This document shows positions 39,108 through 49,770 of a stretch of 64,000 nucleotides of DNA, in pieces. Source of the stretch: an uncultured delta proteobacterium (GTDB lineage Bacteria; Desulfobacterota; Binatia; UBA9968); assembly GCA_963840855.1 (NCBI GenBank), contig CAWJBB010000079.1:32001-96000 (forward strand), in the 5' to 3' direction. A program made the position numbers and the translations under genes. Below the pieces are notes generated by a model, which saw only the letters and a list, made by a program, of their open reading frames with translations, searched no databases and had not been told where the DNA came from. Each line of letters opens with the position of its first letter. Position 1 is the stretch's first letter.

Positions 39108-39971
39108 ATGGAAGCGACGGCGGCAGAGAAACGAACGGCCCTGCGCAAGATGCTCGAGGAGCCGACCTGTCATCTAGCGCCGAGTTGTAACGACGGCATC
39201 CAAGCCCGTCTGGTCGAATGGCTCGGCTTTCCCCTCGTGCATATTTCCGGCAGCGGCCAGCACCGCTCTCTGGGGTTCGCCGATGCCGGGCTGCTTACAC
39301 TCACGGAAATGGTCAATCGCGCGCGCGAAATCGTCGACGCGGTGAACATCCCCATCGTCAGCGACGGCGAAACCGGATACGGCAACGCGGTCAACGTCGT
39401 GCGCAGCGTCCGGGAGTTCGAGAAATCCGGGGTCGCGGCCCTGCACATCGAAGACCAGATGACGCCCAAGCGGGCCGGCCATGAAGGCTTCGATGTCGGC
39501 CTGGTCTCCAGACAGGAGTTTGTCAACAAGATCAAAGCGGCGCTGGATACCCGGCGCGATGCCAACCTGGTCATCATCGCGCGGTCCGAAGCCAAAGATT
39601 CATTGCAGGAGCGCATCGACCGCGTGTCCGCATGCTGTGAAGCCGGCGCGGACGCCGTGTGGTTGAGCGCGCGCAGCGAAGACGAGATCAAAGCCTTTGC
39701 AAAAATTGGCAAGCCCATGGTCGGAGTGCCGCCGCGCCAGCTGATGCCGATTCAGCGCTACGGCGAGCTCGGCGGCCGCGTCGGTTGTATTCCCACGGTT
39801 CTTCAGGTCGCGGCGCTGCACGGCATGCGCCAGTGCCTGGAAGAGTTGAAAAAAAACGGCACCGAGGCGGGTTACTTCAAGTCAACTCCCGGCATCGAAG
39901 ACACGCGCAAATGGTACGCCAACTTGGGCAACGAGCAGCTTAAAGCCCTCGAGAAGAAATACGGTTACTGA
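39108..39971 (+). CDS. Isocitrate lyase/PEP mutase superfamily protein
   Basis: DAGLLT, DGETGYG, HIEDQ..PKRAGH and IIARSEA motifs. Confidence 0.92.
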   Translation: MEATAAEKRTALRKMLEEPTCHLAPSCNDGIQARLVEWLGFPLVHISGSGQHRSLGFADAGLLTLTEMVNRAREIVDAVNIPIVSDGETGYGNAVNVVRSVREFEKSGVAALHIEDQMTPKRAGHEGFDVGLVSRQEFVNKIKAALDTRRDANLVIIARSEAKDSLQERIDRVSACCEAGADAVWLSARSEDEIKAFAKIGKPMVGVPPRQLMPIQRYGELGGRVGCIPTVLQVAALHGMRQCLEELKKNGTEAGYFKSTPGIEDTRKWYANLGNEQLKALEKKYGY

Positions 39972-40082
39972 CGGAATCGACCTGGGAGACGCGACCCGCA
40001 AGCCGATTTAGGTATTCCAGCACCCGTTAAAAAGGGGATCACATGTCCAGACTGAAAATCTATTGGGTGGCCAATCTTAAGC

Positions 40083-41042
40083 ATGACTCTGCTCATAAGC
40101 TCGGCCCAACCGGTCCTTGCTCAGATGACGAAGATCAATATCGGCTACAGCGCCATTAGCGGCGACGCTATGCCAGCCTGGGTCGCCAAAGACGCGGGAA
40201 TCTTTGAAAAGAACGGACTCGATGTGGAGTTGGTCTTTTTCACCGGTGGAACCACGGCGGTCATGGCTTTGGTTTCCGCCGACACCCCGATCGCGCAATT
40301 AGCTGGGCCCGCCGTAGTAAACTCCGTCCTGGCCGGCTCCGACTCAACGCTCATCGTCGGCGGGGTCACTTCGCTCAACTACTATTTGCTAAGCCGCTCC
40401 GACATCAAGACTCCAGAGCAACTGAAGGGCGGCACGGTGGCGATCAGCCGCTTCGGGTCGGCCTCCGATTTCATCGCCCGATATGCATTGACAAAGATTG
40501 GCTTGAATCCGGACAAAGACGTCACCCTCGTGCAAATCGGCAGCACCACGGCGCGGGTGGATTCGGCGTTGACGGGGCGAGTTCATGCTACCGTCGTTAA
40601 CCCGCCCGCCAGCATCATCGCGCAGAAACGGGGCATGAACGTGTTGGCCGATCTGCCCAAGCTCGGGCTGGTTTATCAGCACACCGCGGCGGCCACGACC
40701 AAAAAATATATTCGCGAGCACCGAGATATCGTCAGGCGTTATGTAAAGTCGCAGGTGGATGCCGTCCATCGCATATACACCGACAAAGATGCGTCGATAA
40801 GGGCATTAGCGAGATTTATTGGGCGCAACGTCGACCGCGACGTCTTGGAAAAAACCTGGGAGAACATGCTCAACGAGTCGGTGTTGCCCAGGAAGCAATA
40901 CCCGTCGGTTGAAGGTTTAAAAACCATCCTGGCGTCCGAGCCCAAAGGCAAGTCCGCAAAACCGGAGGACTTCTTCGATGCGAGTTTTATCAGGGAATTG
41001 GATCAGAGCGGCTATATCGACGCTCTTTATAAGAAAAAGTGA
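40083..41042 (+). CDS. SsuA/NitT-like substrate-binding protein
   Basis: GIFEKNGLDVEL and LKGGTVAISRFGS motifs; true start may be ATG 40043 with a +1 indel near 40072. Confidence 0.9.
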   Translation: MTLLISSAQPVLAQMTKINIGYSAISGDAMPAWVAKDAGIFEKNGLDVELVFFTGGTTAVMALVSADTPIAQLAGPAVVNSVLAGSDSTLIVGGVTSLNYYLLSRSDIKTPEQLKGGTVAISRFGSASDFIARYALTKIGLNPDKDVTLVQIGSTTARVDSALTGRVHATVVNPPASIIAQKRGMNVLADLPKLGLVYQHTAAATTKKYIREHRDIVRRYVKSQVDAVHRIYTDKDASIRALARFIGRNVDRDVLEKTWENMLNESVLPRKQYPSVEGLKTILASEPKGKSAKPEDFFDASFIRELDQSGYIDALYKKK

Positions 41043-41051
41043 GGCAAGCAA

Positions 41052-41819
41052 ATGACTAACTACATTGAAAAACTCTTACCCCGTTTTCGCTACGGCGTCA
41101 TCCATCCGCGCGCCAACGAGCCGGTGCAGCGCGGCCCTACATACCAGCTCTACCGCCTCATACCATTGGACGTTATGGAAATCGCCACCGGTCTGGGTTT
41201 GGAAAATTACACCGAGGAAGGCGTCGAGAAGGCGGTCAAGAATTACTGGAACTGCGTCGAAAAACTGGCCAAAGAAAAAGCTGATCTGATTATCTTCAGC
41301 GGCGCGCCGATCTCGGCGGTGTTGGGACGCCCGCGCGTGCTCGACTTACTGCAAAAGACCAAAGAGAAAACCGGCATCCCCGCCGACGCGCCGCTCGAAG
41401 CGCTCATCGCCGCCATGAAGCACCTGGGGTTGAATTCCCTCACCATCGGCAGCCGCTGGGCGGATAAGGTCAACGACTCCATCGTTCGCTATCTCGAGGC
41501 CGGCGGCATCAAAGTCGCCAGTATCACGAAGCGCAATCAGTGGGCCGCGGACGCTTTCGCCATGACGCTCGAAGAAGGATTGAATTTAGCTCTCGAAGTC
41601 GGGCGCGAGGCGGCCCGGCTCGCGCCTGAAGCGGATGGTATTTCAGTGCCGGGTGGCGCTGCCATGAGCATTCATGTCATTCCCGCGCTTGAAGAACAGT
41701 TCGGTAAACCGACGTTCACCAACATGAGCACCGAAGTCTGGAACGACCTGGTGCGCCCAGGCATTATTCCACCTGTGGAAGGTTGGGGCTGCTTGCTCGC
41801 CAACCGGCAAAGGCCGTAG
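41052..41819 (+). CDS. Maleate isomerase/arylmalonate decarboxylase (Asp/Glu racemase)-like protein
   Basis: TGIPA..PLEALIAAMKHLG, YLEAGGI, IPALEEQFGKP..TN..EVW and GWGCLL motifs. Confidence 0.8.
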   Translation: MTNYIEKLLPRFRYGVIHPRANEPVQRGPTYQLYRLIPLDVMEIATGLGLENYTEEGVEKAVKNYWNCVEKLAKEKADLIIFSGAPISAVLGRPRVLDLLQKTKEKTGIPADAPLEALIAAMKHLGLNSLTIGSRWADKVNDSIVRYLEAGGIKVASITKRNQWAADAFAMTLEEGLNLALEVGREAARLAPEADGISVPGGAAMSIHVIPALEEQFGKPTFTNMSTEVWNDLVRPGIIPPVEGWGCLLANRQRP

Positions 41820-41834
41820 CGCCGTTTTCATCCT

Positions 41835-42617
41835 TCATCCCTCGCTAGGATGAGGGCCGTGCTCACGCCAGCGCAGCAGCCGGCGCTCGAGCGCTTCCGC
41901 GCATATAAAAAGCAGCAGCACAAAGGTCATAATGAGAAAGATGAGCCCCATGGTCAGCGCCGCATTATAGGTGCTCTGGGCAAACTGCAGCAGATAGCCA
42001 AGACCACGGGTGGCAGCGACAAACTCGCCAACGACGGCTCCCGTAAACGCAAAACCAACGGCAACCTTGAGACTGGCGAGGACCCACGCCGTTACCGAGG
42101 GTATATAAACCTCTCGGAGCAAAATCATGCGCCCGCCGCCGAGCGTGCGGACTCGGTCTACCAGCAGCTGGTTTACATCCTTTATACCGCTGTAGACGGC
42201 GAAAAAAATAAGCACCGCCACCAATACCACCGCGAGAGCGACTTTAGAGGGAAGCTCGATGCCGAGCCAGATTACGAATAGCGGCGCCATAATGACCCGC
42301 GGGATAGCGTTCAGAATCATCATGACGGGCTCGAGAACATCGGCGACGATCGGTATTAATGCGGCGGCAAAACCAAGCAATATCCCGAGCGCCAGACCGA
42401 ATACCAGCCCGGCGAGCGCGGCGGTGAAGGTAGCTTCCAGGTGGCTGAAGATCGTGCCCTCGACAAACAGAGTGACGACGACTCGTAAGATTTCGCTCGG
42501 AGCCGGCGCATAAAAGGGATTGATGACGCCGGTCCGCGATAACACCTCCCAGATAAAAGTAAGAAACAGCAGCGAGATAAGCCGCCGCACCCACGCCTTT
42601 TCTACATAGGTTCTCAT
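41835..42617 (-). CDS. NitT/TauT ABC permease
   Basis: IPRVIMAPLFVIWLG and VVGEFVAATRGLG motifs. Confidence 0.93.
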   Translation of the reverse strand: MRTYVEKAWVRRLISLLFLTFIWEVLSRTGVINPFYAPAPSEILRVVVTLFVEGTIFSHLEATFTAALAGLVFGLALGILLGFAAALIPIVADVLEPVMMILNAIPRVIMAPLFVIWLGIELPSKVALAVVLVAVLIFFAVYSGIKDVNQLLVDRVRTLGGGRMILLREVYIPSVTAWVLASLKVAVGFAFTGAVVGEFVAATRGLGYLLQFAQSTYNAALTMGLIFLIMTFVLLLFICAEALERRLLRWREHGPHPSEG

Positions 42618-43372
42618 TTCGCGGCCTCAACTTGCTGCACGCCCATCGCGTCGGACATGTCTTTCCAAAGTCGCTCAAGAAGCGGGGCGAAACTAGGATC
42701 TCTGCGGCAGGCGAAAATATCCCGCGGCCGGGGAATCGACACTTCATACGAGGTTTGGACTCGCGCCCTTGGCCCCTGCGAAAGCAGATATACGGTGTCG
42801 GAAACTGTTATCGCCTCCTCGAGGTCATGGGTCACCAAGAACACGCTCAGATGCTCGCGCTCCACCCAGTTTAGAAGTTCCTGCGTGATGCGCGTTCGCA
42901 CGATCGCATCCAGCGAGGCAAAAGGCTCGTCCATGAGTAAAAGTTTTGGTTTCAAGGCGAGGATCTGGGCAATCGCCACGCGTTTTCTTTGCCCTCCCGA
43001 TAGCTCATGGGGGAAACGGCTGCCAAAACCTTCAAGTCCGAGTCGATTCAGCCACGCATCAGCCTCATCGAGCGCCGTGCTTTTCGACAATTTGCGGATG
43101 CGAAGCCCGAGCGCGACATTCTCGCGGGCCGTTCGCCAGGGCAAAAGCGCATCGTCCTGAAACAAAAACCCTAAGGATTCCTGACCGCCGTCCACTTCCA
43201 CGCGGCCGGAGCGAGGCATGAGCAAACCATTGATCGCGCGCAGAATGCTTGTTTTACCCGACCCCGACGGCCCCACAAGACTGACGAACTTGCCATTGGA
43301 AACTTCAAGGCTGACTTTTTCAACGACGGGTTCGGAGCTATAAGCCAGAACGAGGTCTAGAACGCGGAGCAC
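42614..43372 (-). CDS. NitT/TauT ABC ATP-binding protein
   Basis: GPSGSGKT, LSGGQRKR and LMDEPF motifs. Confidence 0.95.
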   Translation of the reverse strand: MLRVLDLVLAYSSEPVVEKVSLEVSNGKFVSLVGPSGSGKTSILRAINGLLMPRSGRVEVDGGQESLGFLFQDDALLPWRTARENVALGLRIRKLSKSTALDEADAWLNRLGLEGFGSRFPHELSGGQRKRVAIAQILALKPKLLLMDEPFASLDAIVRTRITQELLNWVEREHLSVFLVTHDLEEAITVSDTVYLLSQGPRARVQTSYEVSIPRPRDIFACRRDPSFAPLLERLWKDMSDAMGVQQVEAAK

Positions 43373-44437
43373 TTATTTCTCGACCACGGACAGATCGAGC
43401 AAGGCCTTATGATCAACAGACGAAGCCAGCAAACCTGCGGTTCTATGCGCGTCGGCGACACGGTTGGCGGCCATGAGATCAATTTTGACGTTGTCCGGAT
43501 AGAGAGATTGCCGGTACCGTTCCAGAATCCCAGCAAGCCGATCCCGGTTAGCGCCCGTGATAAGCTCTTTAGGCAGCGCCGCGACAGCCTCCTTCACTGG
43601 AATCGTGCGCGTATCCCTCAACCCCTTCGCGAGGGCACGCGCGAGCCGGCCCATCTCGTCCCGGCGTTGCTCGCGTTCCTCGACGCGCACGGCTACGCCC
43701 ATGAACTCGTATGCGCCGCCGAGATACTTGTTCGCTTCTTCGCTGTCCATGACGTTGGCGATCACTCCACCACCCCCGCCGGTAATTAGCGTCAACGCCG
43801 GCTCTTGCACCATGCCCGCATCGACCTGGCCAAGCCGGAGCGCATCATAAAGGTTGGGCCCGAGAGTCGCGAAGCGCACCCGGTCGGGATCCGCACCCGC
43901 CTTTTTCATAAGGTAGATGACTAAGATGTGGTCGGCATTGCCGAGACCCGAGACCCCCACCGTCCGGTTCTCGAGATCCTTCAGGCTACGGATCTCTTTC
44001 GCCGTTTTCGGCGCACTCGCGAGGGCAAAGAGCGGCAATCTTCCAGTAGAGGCAAAGCGGACTATCTTGGCGCCGCGGGCAAAGGCCTGCAGCGCCACAT
44101 CGAAAGAGGTGCCCGCGTAATCCACCGCGCGCCCCACCAGCGCCTGCATGGCCACGTTGCCGCCGCGTGTATATACCAGCCTGACATCAAGCCCTTCCTC
44201 CTTGAAATGCCCTCGCGCTCTGGCGACCTCGTACGGAATGACGCACAAGAGCTGCCCGCAGAACGCGAGCAGAACTTGGCGGCCTTGCCCGTGAGCATGC
44301 CTGCCGGAGATGAACATGATGCCGCTGGCCAGGCCCGCTAACCGCTTTAGCGCCGTTCGCCTGCCAATGGCTTTGCCGACGTCGAATGCTTCGGGTTCGC
44401 CACCAAAATCAGGCGTCAAGTTTTCACAACAGTCCAT
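43373..44437 (-). CDS. NitT/TauT substrate-binding protein with Tat-like signal
   Basis: GRRTALK twin-arginine-like motif; AFCGQLLC and GHFKEEGLDV; RBS GGGAGG. Confidence 0.88.
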   Translation of the reverse strand: MDCCENLTPDFGGEPEAFDVGKAIGRRTALKRLAGLASGIMFISGRHAHGQGRQVLLAFCGQLLCVIPYEVARARGHFKEEGLDVRLVYTRGGNVAMQALVGRAVDYAGTSFDVALQAFARGAKIVRFASTGRLPLFALASAPKTAKEIRSLKDLENRTVGVSGLGNADHILVIYLMKKAGADPDRVRFATLGPNLYDALRLGQVDAGMVQEPALTLITGGGGGVIANVMDSEEANKYLGGAYEFMGVAVRVEEREQRRDEMGRLARALAKGLRDTRTIPVKEAVAALPKELITGANRDRLAGILERYRQSLYPDNVKIDLMAANRVADAHRTAGLLASSVDHKALLDLSVVEK

Positions 44438-44689
44438 CTGGCCTCCCTTCCTGCGCAGGAAATCCTGCATACGATGCGTTTGATTAGTGCAATTGATGGC
44501 TTGACAAGTAGTTACTGAATACAACAAAGGCTGAAAAGACAAATCTTATTTGACGGTCAGATTACTTTCTGCAAGACCGTTAAATTAAGAGTGCGCCATA
44601 GCGCGGCGCTGGCAGGTCGTCTGGGTTGTAACCCAGGCCATAAGTCCGCTAGCGTTCGCGAATCACGCTGCGGATGCTTGGGCAAGCGA

Positions 44690-45457
44690 TTGATAGCTAT
44701 CTTAGGTTTCAGTTGGTGAAACGTGCCACGAAGACGAGATATGTGAAACGCTGCATAAACAATGGCCTCAGTCACCGCCCGGGCATGAGCGCCGTATCTA
44801 TCAAAAACATGATGCGCGAGTTGTGGTCCTTCATGGGTAGTCGTCCGTCGTCCTTCGCGTTCTTCATATCGGCGAGCGTAGGCTTTTCGCCCCCGGAATA
44901 CTCCCTGCTTTGAACGCCTCGGGGTTGCGAGCGTCAAGAAACACCGCGGTCTTATCATCCCTAAGAACGTAGAGCAGTCCCGCGAGCTCGATTTCAGTGA
45001 CACCGACCAGTGCTCGCCACACGGGAATACCCAGCTGATATCGCCGCACGTTCGTATACCCTGCAGCCAACAATTCCTCTGAAAGTCGTTTGCTTTTGCC
45101 GCAGAAAGGTCCGTTGCAATAGAGCACGATGGGCGCAGACTTATTGTTTCCAACGACGCGCCCAACCTCCGCGACATCAGACACATACTGCGAGATCGGA
45201 ACGCCTGGCTTTTCGGAGACATTGACGGCGCCGGGAATATGGCTCATGGAATACTCCATCAATGGCCGGGCGTCGAACACCGTTGCGCTCTTCTCTGCAA
45301 GGATTTTGCGGAGTTCGTTGGTTGACACCTCCAGGGTCTTTTGACCGGACTCCATCAGAGTGGTCTCGTGGATGGTTGCAGGCGAGTCGGCGCTGGCACA
45401 AGTCACCCATACGCCCAGCGCCAGCAAAAACACGATATGGAAAAGCGTCGCTTTCAT
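44690..45457 (-). pseudogene. Exported tandem rhodanese-domain protein, frameshifted in the second domain
   Basis: FDARP..HIPGA, LYCNGPFCGKS, LDAR..GSIPGA; continuation AKDDGRLPMKDHNSRI and ARAVTEAI..AFH lie in other frames; left end approximate. Confidence 0.8.
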
Positions 45458-45674
45458 CTCTTGACCTCCTTTTTTAGTTAGCCACTAATTCTTGCCTCTG
45501 CCCCAGCGTTTAATCTATCCCCTTACATGTTCGCTCCTCCTTTAATTTGCGAGATTGCAGCCTCTTGTACCTCGGCGTGCTGTATGCGATGACGCTAATC
45601 AGGAAGGTGCGGAAAGTCTCAAAAAAGGCCCAAAGAAATTCCAAAATTTTCCAGCCGGATCGCTCAGTTCGGAC

Positions 45675-48611
45675 ATGCAGGAAGCAAAGCAACTGTTTTT
45701 TGGTACGTTTCGGCTGGACCGACTAACGAGTGTCTGTGGCTGGGAGAGAAAGAGATTCGGCTCCATCCGAAAGCGTTTAAGTTGCTACAGCACCTGCTGG
45801 ATCATCCAGGCCAAATGGTTACGAAAGGGTCTTTGTTGGAGACGATATGGCCAGGGGTCCACGTAACCGAAGCGATCTTGTCGGTCTATGTTGCGGAGAT
45901 TCGGAAGGCTCTGGGTGAGGATCCAAAGAAGCCAGTGTTTATCGAGACACTACACCGCAGGGGCTATCGCTTCATCGCTCCCGTCACTATCGACCGCACG
46001 ACAGAGATAAGTGAGAGCACGGCCGGCAGCGAGGAATTGATAAGACCGATCGTGCGTGAAGCGGCTACAGCCATCGGCGCTGAGCCGATGATAGGGCGTG
46101 AGAAAGAACTGTCCTTTTTGCTGGAGAAGTTGGACAGCGGCGCTGCACGGGACGGGGAGCGTTGTGTTTACCACCGGTCCAGCAGGGATCGGAAAGACCC
46201 GGCTGGTACGAGAGCTCCGAGATCACGCCGCGCGCGGTGGCTTTCAATGGTTCACAGGCAAATACGAAAAATCTGGAAACCATCCCTATGCGGTCTGGGT
46301 AGACATGCTGAGGGGATATCTCCAGCACAAGGGACGCTGCCTCATTGTGCGTCCTTATCGGCCCATACACAACAGCAGCTCGCAAGCATTATGCCCTGGA
46401 GTGATGCCGCGGGCAAATAGCAGCTCAAGCGTTGCGCCACAAGACTCGGAAGTTGAGAGGACCCGCCTTTTTGAGGCCTGGACTCATTTATTCGTCCAGA
46501 TCTCCATGGAGGCACCGCTTGTGCTGTTCCTCGATGACGCACAATGGGCAGGCTCACTGGAGCTACTACATCATCTGGCGAGCAACATAGGAAACCAACG
46601 GATTCTATCGCTGATTGCTTATCGGGATGACGAGCTAAAGATGAACGCGACTCTGTGGAAAACGGTTCTAGACATGAACCGGGAGCGGCTTTTTCATCCT
46701 CTCCCTTTGGAACCTCTCGAACAAAAAGAGGTGGCGCAGTTAATTTGTCAAAAGGTCGAAAAGACCATTGCTCCTCACCTCGTCGACGTCATCTATCAGA
46801 GGACCAGGGGGAACCCGTTTTTTGTGGAGGAAGTTTTACGACTCCTCCAGGAGCGAAAAGTCATAGTCGATGCCGAGGCAGGCGTCGATTTGAGAGACTC
46901 GGTATCGCTAGCGATGCCTGAGTCTGTGAAAACAGTGATTAACGAACGCGTTGAGAGGCTTGGGAAGGATGCAGTGGAGTTGCTTCGAATGGCCTCTGTC
47001 ATTGGACGGGAGTTCCCTTTGCGCGTGCTGGAAGAGTTCGCAGGCAAGCAGGAAGAGGAACTTATTGGGGTGATGGACCGCTGCGAAAGGTACGGTCTAA
47101 TCCACTCGGGTTCAGGATCGGGAGAAGAAAACTACGCCTTCACACACGACTTATTGCAGGAGGCTCTCTACGAGAGTAACGGCCCCGGCAAGACGACGGC
47201 GTCGTCATCTCCGAATAGGCCAGGTCATCGAAAAGCTCTATGCTTCGCGACTGGAAGATAGGTATGAGAGTCTGGCCTACCATTTCCGAGAGGGCAATGA
47301 CTTAGAAAAAGCCGTCATCTATTCTCATCGAGGGCCGTCAAGGCAGCGTCACATTGTGCCTACCGGGAAGCAGTGCTGTACTTTGAGCAGGCTCTATGCG
47401 CGCTCGAACATCTGCCCGAGGGCCGACAGAAGTTGGAACAAGCCATCGCTATCCGGGTGGACCTTGGCCCCGCGCTTATCGCCATTGGAAGTTATTTGGC
47501 CCCAGAAGTGGAAGAAAACTACACCCAGGCGCAAAAGCTATGCGAGCGATTGGGGGAGAGCGCGCAACTTTTCCCGGTGCTATGGACGCTGTCGCGAATC
47601 CGTAACTGGCGCGGTGAATTACTCGCAGCACGGCAGCTAGCAGAGCAACTGCTTTCCCTCGCCCGCCGCGAGCAAGACTCCCTTCGTCTATTAGAAGCCC
47701 ACCACACGCTATGGGCGATCTCGCTGGACATTGGCGAATTGGGCTCAATCAAGGACACGCAGAGCAAGACTTTATGCTGTACGATGCGGCGCCACGGGCA
47801 GCTCGGTTCCGTATACGGCGGGCATGACCCAGGGGTGTGCTCACGAATCCACGCGGCGAAGGCGGTGTGGTTACTTGGCTATCCGAATCAAGCTTTGCAG
47901 ACAATCGAGGCTGCACTGACCATGGCAGTAAAGCTGTCCCATCCGTACACTTCATGGCTGGCTCTGATGGCTGCTATTTGGATATATCATCACTGCGGGG
48001 ACAGGCGGGCTGCTCAGGACCATGTGGAGAAGCTGCTCGCACTAGCAACCGAGCAGCAGCATCGACGCTGGATAAAGGTAGCAAATTAAATGCAGGGTTG
48101 GCTCATAGTCGAGCAGGGTGAGTGGGAGCGGGGTATAGCGCAGATGCGCCAGGATGAGAGTGAGTTGCTTATAGAAGCGAGACAGCAAACTTACTACGCG
48201 ACGTTGGTGGCGCAGGCCTGCCTCAAAGGTGGGCAAACCGAACAGGCTTATAGTGTTCTGGCCAAAGAGCTAAAGAGAGTTCGCGATACTGGGATTCGTT
48301 ACTACGAGGCTGAATTACATCGAATAAAAGGAGAGGTGCTGTTACGGCGCTCAGCTTCGTCTCAAAAAGAGGCAGAGACGTCCTTTCACACGGCTATCGA
48401 TTTGTCCCGTCACCAAGGAGCCAAGTCATTGGAGCTCCGGGCAACAATGAGCCTGAGCCGTCTATGGCAGAAACAGGGAAAAAAAGCAGAAGCCCGGAAA
48501 ATGGTTCAGGAGATTTATGGGTGGTTCACGGAGGGTTTTGACACGGCAGACCTCAAGGCGACCAAAGAGCTACTGAAGGAGACATCGGGAGCCAGGCCGT
48601 CACACATTTGA
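45675..48611 (+). pseudogene. Winged-helix + AAA ATPase + TPR regulator, multiply disrupted
   Basis: FGTFRLD, RKALG..FIETLHRRGYRF, GPAGIGKT, LDDAQW, GNPFFVEE, EAELHRIKG and WFTEGFDTADL spread over frames; indels near 45720, 46135, 47180, 47335; in-frame TAA at 48087. Confidence 0.85.
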
Positions 48612-48804
48612 GTAAATTGAAAACAGAAGCTCACGGCCCGGCTAGGATGGACCAGAGTAAAAGTCGCAACTCATTTGTCATGCCAGTCGCTTAGTATGCT
48701 TGCTAACCGTTGAAACCAAGCATAGGGTTCGGCTCAACGGAAAAATCACTGGGGCGAAATAGGCCGACCAATAGATTCAACAGAACCACTGGAGGAAGGA
48801 TGAG

Positions 48805-48981
48805 ATGGAACCAATAGGGATCATCCATTCACCTTTTACAGACGTTGAAAATATGCCAATACAACCAAAGGGCGCAGCCCAGCGCAAAAAGAAGATGTCG
48901 CATCGGGCGGACGCCCAACGGTGCGCCAGTCTCTGGAACGTCTTTCATCATAGAGCGCATTCCCGGCTGGCTCTAAAATGA
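48805..48981 (+). pseudogene. N-terminal fragment of TrmO/TsaA (YaeB-like) tRNA methyltransferase
   Basis: MEPIGIIHSPFTDVENMPIQPKGA after a GGAGG/AAGGA RBS; similarity lost after ~25 codons. Confidence 0.7.
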
Positions 48982-49075
48982 ATCAGAAACCGGCCTAGTT
49001 ATTTCTCCCATCGGCGGGATAAAGAAACCTGCTACTGATCCGCCGCTTTTTACCCACAACCCTAGAGGAGATTCT

Positions 49076-49770
49076 ATGACTATTAACCATCTTAGCTTAA
49101 GGCAAGCGGTCATCGACAGCGCGAACCTTCTCGTGCGGACGGGCGCGATTTCCATGAGCCACCACGGCAACTTCAGCGTGCGCGTGCCCGGCACCGACAC
49201 CATTCTGTTAACCGCACCAGCTCCTTTGATAATTTGAAACCGGAAAACCTGGCGCTCCTCGATCTTGAGGGCCGGCTCCTCGAAGGCGAGATTAACCCAA
49301 CCAACGCCGAGATCGTCCACATGCACGCGATCGTCTATAAACAACGCCCCGAAACGGGAGCGGTGGTGCACACCCATTCGACCTATGCGACGAGCTTCGC
49401 GCTGGCGAGCCGGTCCCTGGGCTGCTCCTACGAAGCGTTGGTGCGCAACGATATGACCGACGGCGTGCCGTTGGCCCGCTACGGACCGCGGGGTTCCAAG
49501 GAATCCGTAACCAATATCGCCGCGGCTTTGCAGGAAGCTAAAAGTACCAAGGCGGTGTTGCTGGAAAACCACGGGGTGCTGGCCTTCGGCGCCGATCCCG
49601 CGGCCGCGGCGCGGGCGAACCTGATCGTCGAGGAAGCGTCCCAAATGGCCATCTTCGCCGAGGTGTTAGGCGGCGCGAAGCTGATTCCCCCTGAGCTGTT
49701 GAAAGCCACGGTTGGACGCAGGGACGACTTCGCCCGGGGAGGTGTGAAGCGGGCGGAGCAAGCGAAATGA
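49076..49770 (+). CDS. Class II aldolase/adducin family protein, frameshift near 49213
   Basis: HGNFSVR in the first frame; E..MHA, VVHTHS and LLENHG in the second; RBS GAGGAG. Confidence 0.88.

Noticed and set aside
44479-44507. FNR/CRP-like box (TTGAT half-sites)
   Set aside because: The second half-site does not match at the canonical spacing
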